From Eledone cirrhosa (Eukaryota): 64,000 nt of DNA. Within the stretch, counting starts at the first letter, position 1, and the number at the start of each line of letters is the position of its first letter. Below are positions 35,570-47,500 of this stretch, piece by piece. Where the stretch lies: assembly GCA_964016885.1 (NCBI GenBank), contig OZ024744.1:127410001-127474000 (forward strand), given 5' to 3'. The notes beneath the pieces are model-generated. The model did no database searches. It was not told the DNA's origin and saw only the letters and a list, made by a program, of their open reading frames with translations. The translations under genes were made by a program, and so were the position numbers.

Positions 35570-38500
35570 GTTGGGGTTAAGTTAAGTTGGGGTTAAGTTA
35601 AGTTGGGGTTAAATTAAGTTGGGGGTAAGTTAAGTTGGGGGTAAGTTAATTGGGGTTAAGTTAAGTTGGGGTTAAATTAAGTTGAGGTTAAGTGAAGTTG
35701 GGGTTAAGTTAAGTTGGGGGTAAGATAAGTTGGGGGTAAGATAAGTTGGGGCTAAGTTAAGTTGGGGCTAAGTCAAGTTGGGGTTAATTCAAGTTGAGGT
35801 TAACTTAAGTTGGGGTTAAGTTAAGTTGGGGTTATGTTAAGTTGGGGCTAAGTTAAGTTGGGGCTAAGTTAAGTTGGGGCTGAGTTAAGTTGGGGTTAAG
35901 TTAAGTTGGGGTTGAGTTAAGTTGGGGTTAAGTTAAGTTGGGATTAAGTTAAGTTGGGGTTAAGTTAAGTTCGGCTTGAGTTAAGTTGGGGTTAAGTTAA
36001 GTTGGGGTTAATTTAAGTTGGGGTTAAGTTAAGTTGGGGTTAAGATAAGTTGGGGTTAAGTTAAGTTGGGGTTAAGTTAAGTTGGGGTTGAGTTAATTTG
36101 GGGTTAAGTTAAGTTGGGGTTAACTTAAGTTGGGGTTAAGTTGGGGTTAAGTTAAGTTGGGGGTAGGTTAAGTTGGGGGCAAGTTAAGTTGGGGTTAAGT
36201 TAAGTTGGGGTTAAGTTAAGTTGGGGGTAAGTTAAGTCGGGATTAAGTTAACTTGGGGTTAAGTTAAGTTGGGTTTAAGTTAAGTTGGGGCTAAGTTAAG
36301 TTGGGGCTAAGTTAAGTTGGGGTTGAGTTAAGTTGGGGTTGAGTTAAGTTGGGGTTAAGTTAAGTTGGGGTTAAGTTAAGTTGGGGTTAAGTTAAGTTGG
36401 GGTTAAGTTAAGTTGGGGTTAAGTTAAGTTGGGGGTAAGTTAAGTTGGGGGCAAGTTAAGTTGGGGTTAAGTTAAAGTTGGGGTTAAGTTAAGTTGGGGT
36501 AAAGTTAAGTTAGGGTTAAGTTAAGTTGGGGTTAAGTTAAGTTGGGGTTAAATTAAGTTGGGGTTCAGTTAAGTTGGGGTTAAATTAAGTTGGGGTTAAG
36601 TTAAGTTGGGGTTAAGTTAAGTTGGGGTTAAGGTAAGTTGGGGTTATGTTAAGTTGGGGCTAAGTTAAGTTGGGGCTAAGTTAAGTTGGGGCTGAGTTAA
36701 GTTGGGGTGAAGTTAAGTTGGGGTTGAGTTAAGTTGGGGTTAAGTTAAGTTGGGATTAAGTTAAGTTGGGGTTGAGTTAAGTTCGGCTTGAGTTAAGTTG
36801 GAGTTAAGTTAATTTGGGGTTAATTTAAGTTGGGGTTAAGTTAAGTTGGGGTTAAGATAAGTTGGGGTTAAGTTAAGTTGGGGTTAAGTTAAGTTGGGGT
36901 TGAGTTAATTTGGGGTTAAGTTAAGTTGGGGTTAACTTAAGTTGGGGTTAAGTTGGGGTTAAGTTAAGTTGGGGGTAGGTTAAGTTGGGGGCAAGTTAAG
37001 TTGGGGTTAAGTTAAGTTGGGGTTAAGTTAAGTTGGGGGTAAGTTAAGTCGGGGTTAAGTTAAGTTGGGGTTAAGTTAAGTTGGGTTTAAGTTAAGTTGG
37101 GGCTGAGTTAAGTTGGGGGTAAGTTAAGTTGGGTGTAAGTTAAGTTGGGGTTAAGTTAAGTTGGGGTTAATTTAAGTTGGGGTTGAGTTAATTTGGGTTT
37201 AAGTTAAGTTGGGCTTAACTTAAGTTGGGGTTAAGTTGGGGTTAAGTTAAGTTGGGGTTAAGTTAAGTTGGGGGTAAGTTAAGTTGGGGGCAAGTTATGT
37301 TGGGGTTAATTTAAGTTGGGCTTAAGTTAAGTTGGGGTTATGTTAAATTGGGGTTAAGTTATGTTGGGGTTAAGTTAAGTTGGGGGTAACTTAAGTTGGG
37401 GTTAAGTTAAGTTGAGGGTAAGTTAAGTTGAGGGTAAGTTAAGTTGAGGTTAAGTTAAGTTGGGGTTAAGTTAAGTTGGGGGTAAGTTAAGTTGGGGGTA
37501 AGTTAAGTTGGGGTTAAGTTAAGTTGGGGTTAAATTAAGTTGAGGTTAAGTTAATTTGGGGTTAAGTTAAGTTGGGGTTAAGTTAAGTTGGGGTTAAATT
37601 AAGTTGGGGTTCAGTTAAGTTGGGGTTAAATTAAGTTGGGGTTAAGTTAAGTTGGGGTTAAGTTAAGTTGGGGTTAAGGTAAGTTGGGGTTATGTTAAGT
37701 TGGTGCTAAGCTAAGTTGGGGCTAAGTTAAGTTGGGGCTGAGTTAAGTTGGGGTTAGGTTAAGTTGGGGTTGAGTTAAGTTGGGGTTAAGTTAAGTTGGG
37801 ATTAAGTTAAGTTGGGGTTGAGTTAAGTTCGGCTTGAGTTAAGTTGGGGTTAAGTTAAGTTGGGGTTAATTTAAGTTGGGGTTAAGTTAAGTTGGGGTTA
37901 AGATAAGTTGGGGTTAAGTTAAGTTGGGGTTAAGTTAAGTTGGGGTTGAGTTAATTTGGGGTTAAGTTAAGTTGGGGCTAACTTAAGTTGGGGTTAAGTT
38001 AAGTTGGGGGTAGGTTAAGTTGGGGGCAAGTTAAGTTGGGGTTAAGGTAAGTTGGGGTTAAGTTAAGTTGGGGGTAAGTTAAGTCGGGGTTAAGTTAAGT
38101 TGGGGTTAAGTTAAGTTGGGTTTAAGTTAAGTTGGGGCTAAGTTAAGTTGGGGCTAAGTTAAGTTGGGGCTGAGTTAAGTTGGGGGTAAGTTAAGTTGGG
38201 GTTAATTTAAGTTGGGGTTGAGTTAATTTGGGTTTAAGTTAAGTTGGGCTTAACTTAAGTTGGGGTTAAGTTGGGGTTAAGTTAAGTTGGGGGCAATTAA
38301 GTTGGGGTTAATTTAAGTTGGGGTTAAGTTAAGTTGGGGTTATGTTAAGTTGGGGTTAAGTTAAGTTGGGGTTAAGTTAAGTTGGGGGTAACTTAAGTTG
38401 GGGTTAAGTTAAGTTGAGGGTAAGTTAAGTTGAGGGTAAGTTAAGTTGAGGTTAAGTTAAGTTGGGGTTAAGTTAAGTTGGGGTTAAGTTAATTTGGGGT

Positions 38501-41500
38501 TAATTTAAGTTGGGGTTAAGTTAAGTTGGGGTTCAGTTAAGTTGGGGTTAAATTAAGTTGGGGTTCAGTTAAGTTGGGGTTAAATTAAGTTGGGGTTAAG
38601 TTAAGTTGGGGTTAGTTAAGTTGGGGTTAAGTTAAGTTGGGGTTAAGTTAAGTTGGGGTTAAGTTAAGTTGGGGTTAAGTTAAGTTGGCGTTAAGTTAAG
38701 TTGGGGTTAAGTTAAGTTGGGGTTAAATTAAGTTGGGGTTAAGTTAAGTTGGGGTTAATTTAAGTTGGGGTTAAGTTAAGTTGGGGTTAAGTTAAGTTGG
38801 AGTTAAGTTAAGTTAGGGTTAAGTTAAGCTGGGGGTAAGTTAAGTTGGGGTTAAGTTAAGTTGGGGTTAAGTTAAGTTGGGGTTAAGTTAAGTTGGGGTT
38901 AAGTTGAGTTGGAGTTAAGTTAAGTTGGAGTTAAGTTAAGTTAGGGTTAAGCTAAGTTGGGGTTCAGTTAAGTTGGGGTTAAGTTAATTTGGGGCTGAGT
39001 TAAGTTGGGGTTAAGTTAATTTCGGGTTGAGTTAAGTTGGGGTTAAATTAAGTTGGGGTTAAGATAAGTTGGGGTTAAGTTAAGTTGGGGTTAATTTAAG
39101 TTGGGGTTGAGTTAATTTGGGTTTAAGTTAAGTTGGGCTTAACTTAAGTTGGGGTTAAGTTGGGGTTAAGTTGGGGTTAAGTTGGGGTTAAGTTAAGTTG
39201 GGGGTAAGTTAAGTTGGGGGCAAGTTAAGTTGGGGTTAATTTAAGTTGGGGTTAAGTTAAGTTGGGGTTATGTTAAGTTGGGGTTAATTTAAGTTGGGGT
39301 TAAGTTAAGTTGGGGGTAACTTAAGTTGAGGGTAAGTTAAGTTGAGGGTAAGTTAAGTTGAGGGTAAGTTAAGTTGAGGTTAAGTTAAGTTGGGGTTAAG
39401 TTAAGTTGGGGGTAAGTTAAGTTGGGGGTAAGTTAAGTTGGGGTTAAGTTAAGTTGGGGGTAAGATAAGTTGGGGCTAAGTTAAGTTGGGGCTACGTCAA
39501 GTTGGGGTTAAGTCAAGTTGAGGTTAACTTAAGTTGGGGTTAAGTTAAGTTGGGGTTAACTTAAGTTGGGGTTAAGGTAAGTTGGGGTTAAGTTAAGTTG
39601 GGGCTAAGTTAAGTTGGGGCTGAGTTAAGTTGGGGTTAAGTTGGGGTTAATTTAAGTTGGGGTTAAGTTAAGTTGGGGTTAAGTTAAGTTCGGGTTGAGT
39701 TAAGTTGGGGTTAAGTTAAGTTGGGGTTAATTTAAGTTGGGGTTAATTAAGTTGGGGTTAAGATAAGTTGGGGTTAAGTTAAGTTGGGGTTAAGTTAAGT
39801 TGGGGTTGAGTTAATTTGGGGTTAAGTTAAGTTGGGGTTAACTTAAGTTGGGGTTAAGTTAAGTTGGGGTTAAGTTAAGTTGGGGGTAAGTTAAGTTGGG
39901 GGCAAGTTGAGTTGGGGTTAAGTTAAGTTGGGGTTAAATTAAGGTGGGGGTAAGTTAAGTTGGGGGTAAGTTAAGTTGGGGTTAAGTTAAGTTGGGGTTA
40001 AGTTAAGTTGGGTTTAAGTTAAGTTGGGGCTAAGTTTAGTTGGGGCTAAGTTAAGTTGGGGCTGAGTTAAGTTGGGGTTAAGTTAAGTTGGGGTTGAGTT
40101 AAGTTGGGGTTATCTTAAGTTGGGGTTAAGTTGGTGTTAAGTTAAGTTGGGGTTAAATTAAGTTGGGGGTTAGTTAAGTTGGGGCAAGTTAAGTTGGGGT
40201 TAATTTAAGTTGGGGTTAAGTTAAGTTGGGGTTATGTTAAGTTGGGGGTAAGTTAAGTTGAGGGTAAGTTAAGTCGGGGTTAAGTTAAGTTGGGGTTAAA
40301 TTAAGTTGGGGGTAAGTTAAGTTGGGGGTAAGTTAAGTTGGGGTTAAGTTAAGTTGGGGTTAAATTAAGTTGAGGTTAAGTTAAGTTGGGGGTAAGATAA
40401 GTTGGTCCTAAGTTAAGTTGGGGCTAAGTCAAGTTGGGGTTAAGTCAAGTTGAGGTTAACTTAAGTTGGGGTTAAGTTAAGTTGGGTTTAAGTTAAGTCG
40501 GGGTTAAGTTAAGTTGGGGTTAAGGTAAGTTGGGGTTATGTTAAGTTGGGGCTAAGTTAAGTTGGGGCTAAGTTAAGTTGGGGCTGAGTTAAGTTGGGGT
40601 TAAGTTAAGTTGGGGTTGAGTTAAGTTGGGGTTAAGTTAAGTTGGGGTTAATTTAAGTTGGGGTTAAGTTAAGTTGGGGTTAAGACAAGTTGGGGTTAAG
40701 TTAAGTTGGGGTTAACTTAAGTTGGGGTTAAGTTGGGGTTAAGTTAAGTTGGGGGTAGGTTAAGTTGGGGGCAAGTTAAGTTGGGGTTAAGTTAAGTTGG
40801 GGTTAAGTTAAGTTGGGGGTAAGTTAAGTCGGGGTTAAGTTAAGTTGGGGTTTAGTTAAGTTGGGTTTAAGTTAAGTTGGGTTTAAGTTAAGTTGGGGCT
40901 AAGTTAAGTTGGGGCTAAGTTAAGTTGGGGCTGAGTTAAGTAGGGGGTAAGTTAAGTTGGGGGTAAGATAAGTTGGTCCTAAGTTAAGTTGGGGCTAAGT
41001 CAAGTTGGGGTTAAGTCAAGTTGAGGTTAACTTAAGTTGGGGTTAAGTTAAGTTGGGGTTAAGTTAAGTCGGGGTTAAGTTAAGTTGGGGTTAAGGTAAG
41101 TTGGGGTTATGTTAAGTTGGGGCTAAGTTAAGTTGGGGCTAAGTTAAGTTGGGGCTGAGTTAAGTTGGGGTTAAGTTAAGTTGGGGTTGAGTTAAGTTGG
41201 GGTTAAGTTAAGTTGGGGTTAATTTAAGTTGGGGTTAAGTTAAGTTGGGGTTAAGATAAGTTGGGGTTAAGTTAAGTTGGGGTTAAGTTAAGTTGGGGTT
41301 GAGTTAATTTGGGGTTAAGTTAAGTTGGGGTTAAGATAAGTTGGGGTTAAGTTAAGTTGGGGTTAAGTTAAGTTGGGGTTGAGTTAATTTGGGGTTAAGT
41401 TAAGTTGGGGTTAACTTAAGTTGGGGTTAAGTTGGGGTTAAGTTAAGTTGGGGGTAGGTTAAGTTGGGGGCAAGTTAAGTTGGGGCTAAGTTAAGTTGGG

Positions 41501-44500
41501 GCTGAGTTAAGTTGGGGGTAAGTTAAGTTGGGTGTAAGTTAAGTTGGGGTTAAGTTAAGTTGGGGTTCAGTTCAGTTGGGGTTAAGTTAAGTTGGGGTTA
41601 AGTTAAGCTGGGGTTAAGTTAAGTTGGGGTTAAGTTAAGTTGGGGTTAAGTTAAGTTGGGGTTAAGTTAAGTTGGGGTTGAGTTAAGTTGGGGTTGAGTT
41701 AAGTTGGGGTTAAGTTAAGTTGGGGTTAAGTTAAGTTGGGGTTAAGTTAAGTTGGGGGTAAGTTAAGTTGGGGGCAAGTTAAGTTGGGGTTAAGTTAAAT
41801 TGGGGTTAAGTTAAGTTGGGGTAAATTTAAGTTAGGGTTAAGTTAAGTTGGGGTTAAGTTAAGTTGGGGTTAAATTAAGTTGGGGTTCAGTTAAGTTGGG
41901 GTTAAATTAAGTTGGGGTTAAATTAAGTTGGGGTTAAGTTAAGTGGGGGTTAAGGTAAGTTGGGGTTATGTTAAGTTGGGGCTAAGTTAAGTTGGGGCTA
42001 AGTTAAGTTGGGGCTGAGTTAAGTTGGGGTTAAGTTAAGTTGGGGTTGAGTTAAGTTGGGGTTAAGTTAAGTTGGGATTAAGTTAAGTTGGGGTTGAGTT
42101 AAGTTCGGCTTGAGTTAAGTTGGGGTTAAGTTAAGTTGGGGTTAATTTAAGTTGGGGTTAAGTTAAGTTGGGGTTAAGATAAGTTGGGGTTAAGTTAAGT
42201 TGGGGTTAAGTTAAGTTGGGGTTGAGTTAATTTGGGGTTAAGTTAAGTTGGGGCTAACTTAAGTTGGGGTTAAGTTGGGGTTAAGTTAAGTTGGGGGTAG
42301 GTTAAGTTGGGGGCAAGTTAAGTTGGGGTTAAGGTAAGTTGGGGTTAAGTTAAGTTGGGGGTAAGTTAAGTCGGGGTTAAGTTAAGTTGGGGTTAAGTTA
42401 AGTTGGGTTTAAGTTAAGTTGGGGCTAAGTTAAGTTGGGGCTAAGTTAAGTTGGGGCTGAGTTAAGTTGGGGGTAAGTTAAGTTGGGTGTAAGGTAAGTT
42501 GGGGTTAAGTTAAGTTGGGGTTAATTTAAGTTGGGGTTGAGTTAATTTGGGTTTAAGTTAAGTTGGGCTTAACTTAAGTTGGGGTTAAGTTGGGGTTAAG
42601 TTAAGTTGGGGTTAAGTTAAGTTGGGGGTAAGTTAAGTTGGGGGCAATTAAGTTGGGGTTAATTTAAGTTGGGGTTAAGTTAAGTTGGGGTTATGTTAAG
42701 TTGGGGTTAAGTTAAGTTGGGGTTAAGTTAAGTTGGGGGTAACTTAAGTTGGGGTTAAGTTAAGTTGAGGGTAAGTTAAGTTGAGGGTAAGTTAAGTTGA
42801 GGTTAAGTTAAGTTGGGGTTAAGTTAAGTTGGGGTTAAGTTAAGTTGGGGTTAAATTAAGTTGGGGTTAAGTTAAGTTGGGGTTAAGTTAAGTTGGGGTT
42901 AAATTAAGTTGGGGTTCAGTTAAGTTGGGGTTAAATTAAGTTGGGGTTAAGTTAAGTTGGGGTTAGTTAAGTTGGGGTTAAGTTAAGTTGGGGTTAAGTT
43001 AAGTTGGGGTTAAGTTAAGTTGGGGTTAAGTTAAGTTGGCGTTAAGTTAAGTTGGGGTTAAGTTAAGTTGGGGTTAAATTAAGTTGGGGTTAAGTTAAGT
43101 TGGGGTTAATTTAAGTTGGGGTTAAGTTAAGTTGGGGTTAAGTTAAGTTGGAGTTAAGTCAAGTTGGGGTTAAGTCAAGTTGGGGTTAAGTCAAGTTGGG
43201 GTTAAGTCAAGTTGGGGTTAAGTTAAGTTGGGGTTAAGTTAAGTTGGGGTTAAGTTAAGTTGGGGTTATGTTAAGTTGGGGGTAAGTTAAGTTGAGGGTA
43301 AGTTAAGTCGGGGTTAAGTTAAGTTGGGGTTAAATTAAGTTGGGGGTAAGTTAAGTTGGGTGTAAGTTAAGTTGGGGTTAAGTTAAGTTGGGGTTAAATT
43401 TAGTTGAGGTTAAGTTAAGTTGGGGGTAAGATAAGTTGGTCCTAAGTTAAGTTGGGGCTAAGTCAAGTTGGGGTTAAGTCAAGTTGAGGTTAACTTAAGT
43501 TGGGGTTAAGTTAAGTTGGGGTTAAGTTAAGTCGGGGTTAAGTTAAGTTGGGGTTAAGGTAAGTTGGGGTTATGTTAAGTTGGGGCTAAGTTAAGTTGGG
43601 GCTAAGTTAAGTTGGGGCTGAGTTAAGTTGGGGTTAAGTTAAGTTGGGGTTGAGTTAAGTTGGGGTTAAGTTAAGTTGGGGTTAATTTAAGTTGGGGTTA
43701 AGTTAAGTTGGGGTTAAGATAAGTTGGGGTTAAGTTAAGTTGGGGTTAAGTTAAGTTGGGGTTGAGTTAATTTGGGGTTAAGTTAAGTTGGGGTTAACTT
43801 AAGTTGGGGTTAAGTTGGGGTTAAGTTAAGTTGGGGGTAGGTTAAGTTGGGGGTAAGTTAAGTCGGGGTTAAGTTAAGTTGGGGTTTAGTTAAGTTGGGT
43901 TTAAGTTAAGTTGGGGCTAAGTTAAGTTGGGGCTAAGTTAAGTTGGGGCTGAGTTAAGTAGGGGGTAAGTTAAGTTGGGGGTAAGATAAGTTGGTCCTAA
44001 GTTAAGTTGGGGCTAAGTCAAGTTGGGGTTAAGTCAAGTTGAGGTTAACTTAAGTTGGGGTTAAGTTAAGTTGGGGTTAAGTTAAGTCGGGGTTAAGTTA
44101 AGTTGGGGTTAAGGTAAGTTGGGGTTATGTTAAGTTGGGGCTAAGTTAAGTTGGGGCTAAGTTAAGTTGGGGCTGAGTTAAGTTGGGGTTAAGTTAAGTT
44201 GGGGTTGAGTTAAGTTGGGGTTAAGTTAAGTTGGGGTTAATTTAAGTTGGGGTTAAGTTAAGTTGGGGTTAAGATAAGTTGGGGTTAAGTTAAGTTGGGG
44301 TTAAGTTAAGTTGGGGTTGAGTTAATTTGGGGTTAAGTTAAGTTGGGGTTAAGATAAGTTGGGGTTAAGTTAAGTTGGGGTTAAGTTAAGTTGGGGTTGA
44401 GTTAATTTGGGGTTAAGTTAAGTTGGGGTTAACTTAAGTTGGGGTTAAGTTGGGGTTAAGTTAAGTTGGGGGTAGGTTAAGTTGGGGGCAAGTTAAGTTG

Positions 44501-47500
44501 GGGTTAAGTTAAGTTGGGGTTAAGTTAAGTTGGGGGTAAGTTAAGTCGGGGTTAAGTTAACTTGGGGTTAAGTTAAGTTGGGGCTAAGTTAAGTTGGGGC
44601 TGAGTTAAGTTGGGGGTAAGTTAAGTTGGGTGTAAGTTAAGTTGGGGTTAAGTTAAGTTGGGGTTCAGTTCAGTTGGGGTTAAGTTAAGTTGGGGTTAAG
44701 TTAAGCTGGGGTTAAGTTAAGTTGGGGTTAAGTTAAGTTGGGGTTAAGTTAAGTTGGGGTTAAGTTAAGTTGGGGTTGAGTTAAGTTGGGGTTGAGTTAA
44801 GTTGGGGTTAAGTTAAGTTGGGGTTAAGTTAAGTTGGGGTTAAGTTAAGTTGGGGGTAAGTTAAGTTGGGGGCAAGTTAAGTTGGGGTTAAGTTAAAGTT
44901 GGGGTTAAGTTAAGTTGGGGTAAATTTAAGTTAGGGTTAAGTTAAGTTGGGGTTAAGTTAAGTTGGGGTTAAATTAAGTTGGGGTTCAGTTAAGTTGGGG
45001 TTAAATTAAGTTGGGGTTAAATTAAGTTGGGGTTAAGTTAAGTGGGGGTTAAGGTAAGTTGGGGTTATGTTAAGTTGGGGCTAAGTTAAGTTGGGGCTAA
45101 GTTAAGTTGGGGCTGAGTTAAGTTGGGGTTAAGTTAAGTTGGGGTTGAGTTAAGTTGGGGTTAAGTTAAGTTGGGATTAAGTTAAGTTGGGGTTGAGTTA
45201 AGTTCGGCTTGAGTTAAGTTGGGGTTAAGTTAAGTTGGGGTTAATTTAAGTTGGGGTTAAGTTAAGTTGGGGTTGAGTTAATTTGGGGTTAAGTTAAGTT
45301 GGGGCTAACTTAAGTTGGGGTTAAGTTGGGGTTAAGTTAAGTTGGGGGTAGGTTAAGTTGGGGGCAAGTTAAGTTGGGGTTAAGGTAAGTTGGGGTTAAG
45401 TTAAGTTGGGGGTAAGTTAAGTCGGGGTTAAGTTAAGTTGGGGTTAAGTTGGGGTTAAGTTAAGTTGGGGTTAAGTTAAGTTGGGGCTAAGTTAAGTTGG
45501 GGCTAAGTTAAGTTGGGGCTGAGTTAAGTTGGGGGTAAGTTAAGTTGGGTGTAAGGTAAGTTGGGGTTAAGTTAAGTTGGGGTTAATTTAAGTTGGGGTT
45601 GAGTTAATTTGGGTTTAAGTTAAGTTGGGCTTAACTTAAGTTGGGGTTAAGTTGGGGTTAAGTTAAGTTGGGGTTAAGTTAAGTTGGGGGTAAGTTAAGG
45701 TGGGGGCAATTAAGTTGGGGTTAATTTAAGTTGGGGTTAAGTTAAGTTGGGGTTATGTTAAGTTGGGGTTAAGTTAAGTTGGGGTTAAGTTAAGTTGGGG
45801 GTAACTTAAGTTGGGGTTAAGTTAAGTTGAGGGTAAGTTAAGTTGAGGGTAAGTTAAGTTGAGGTTAAGTTAAGTTGGGGTTAAGTTAAGTTGGGGTTAA
45901 GTTAAGTTGGGGTTAAATTAAGTTGGGGTTAAGTTAAGTTGGGGTTAAGTTAAGTTGGGGTTAAATTAAGTTGGGGTTCAGTTAAGTTGGGGTTAAATTA
46001 AGTTGGGGTTAAGTTAAGTTGGGGTTAGTTAAGTTGGGGTTAAGTTAAGTTGGGGTTAAGTTAAGTTGGGGTTAAGTTAAGTTGGGGTTAAGTTAAGTTG
46101 GCGTTAAGTTAAGTTGGGGTTAAGTTAAGTTGGGGTTAAATTAAGTTGGGGTTAAGTTAAGTTGGGGTTAATTTAAGTTGGGGTTAAGTTAAGTTGGGGT
46201 TAAGTTAAGTTGGAGTTAAGTCAAGTTGGGGTTAAGTCAAGTTGGGGTTAAGTCAAGTTGGGGTTAAGTCAAGTTGGGGTTAAGTTAAGTTGGGGTTAAG
46301 TTAAGTTGGGGTTAAGTTAAGTTGGGGTTAAGTTAAGTTGGGGTTAAGATAAGTTGGGGTTAAGTTAAGTTGGGGTTAATTTAAGTTGGGGTTGAGTTAA
46401 TTTGGGTTTAAGTTAAGTTGGGCTTAACTTAAGTTGGGGTTAAGTTGGGGTTAAGTTAAGTTGGGGTTAATTTAAGTTGGGGGTAAGTTAAGTTGGGGGC
46501 AAGTTAAGTTGGGGTTAATTTAAGTTGGGGTTAAATTAAGTCGGGGTTATGTTAAGTTGGGGTTAAGTTAAGTTGGGGGTAACTTAAGTTGGGGTTAAGT
46601 TAAGTTGAGGGTAAGTTAAGTTGAGGGTAAGTTAAATTGAGGTTAAGTTAAGTTGGGGTTGAGTTAAGTTGGGGGTAAGTTAAGTTGGGGATAAGTTAAG
46701 TTGGGGTTAAGTTAAGTTGGGGTTAAATTAAGTTGAGGTTAAGTTAATTTGGGGTTAAGTTCAGTTGGGGTTAAGTTAAGTTGGGGGTAAGATAAGTTGG
46801 GGCTAAGTTAAGTTGGGGCTAAGTCAAGTTGGGGTTAAGTCAAGTTGAGGTTAACTTAAGTTGGGGTTAAGTTAAGTTGGGGTTAAGTTAAGTTGGGGTT
46901 AAGGTAAGTTGGGGTTAAGTTAAGTTGGGGCTAAGTTAAGTTGGGGCTAAGTTAAGTTGGGGCTGAGTTAAGTTGGGGTTAAGTTGGGGTTGAGTTAAGT
47001 TGGGGTTAAGTTAAGTTGGGATTAAGTTAAGTTGGGGTTAAGTTAAGTTCGGGTTGAGTTAAGTTGGGGTTAAGTTAAGTTGGGGTTAAGTTAAGTTGGG
47101 GGCAAGTTGAGTTGGGGTTAAGTTAAGTTGGGGTTAAGTTAAGGTGGGGGTAAGTTAAGTTGGGGGTAAGTTAAGTTGGGGTTAAGTTAAGTTGGGGTTA
47201 AGTTAAGTTGGGTTTAAGTTAAGTTGGGGCTAAGTTAAGTTGGGGCTAAGTTAAGTTGGGGCTGAGTTAAGTTGGGGTTAAGTTAAGTTGGGGTTAAGTT
47301 GGGGTTAACTTAAGTTGGGGTTAAGTTGGGGTTAAGTTAAGTTGGGGTTAAATTAAGTTGGGGGTTAGTTAAGTTGGGGCAAGTTAAGTTGGGGTTAATT
47401 TAAGTTGGGGTTAAGTTAAGTTGGGGTTATGTTAAGTTGGGGTTAAGTTAAGTTGGGGTTAAGTTAAGTTGGGGGTAAGTTAAGTTGGGGTTAAGTTAAG

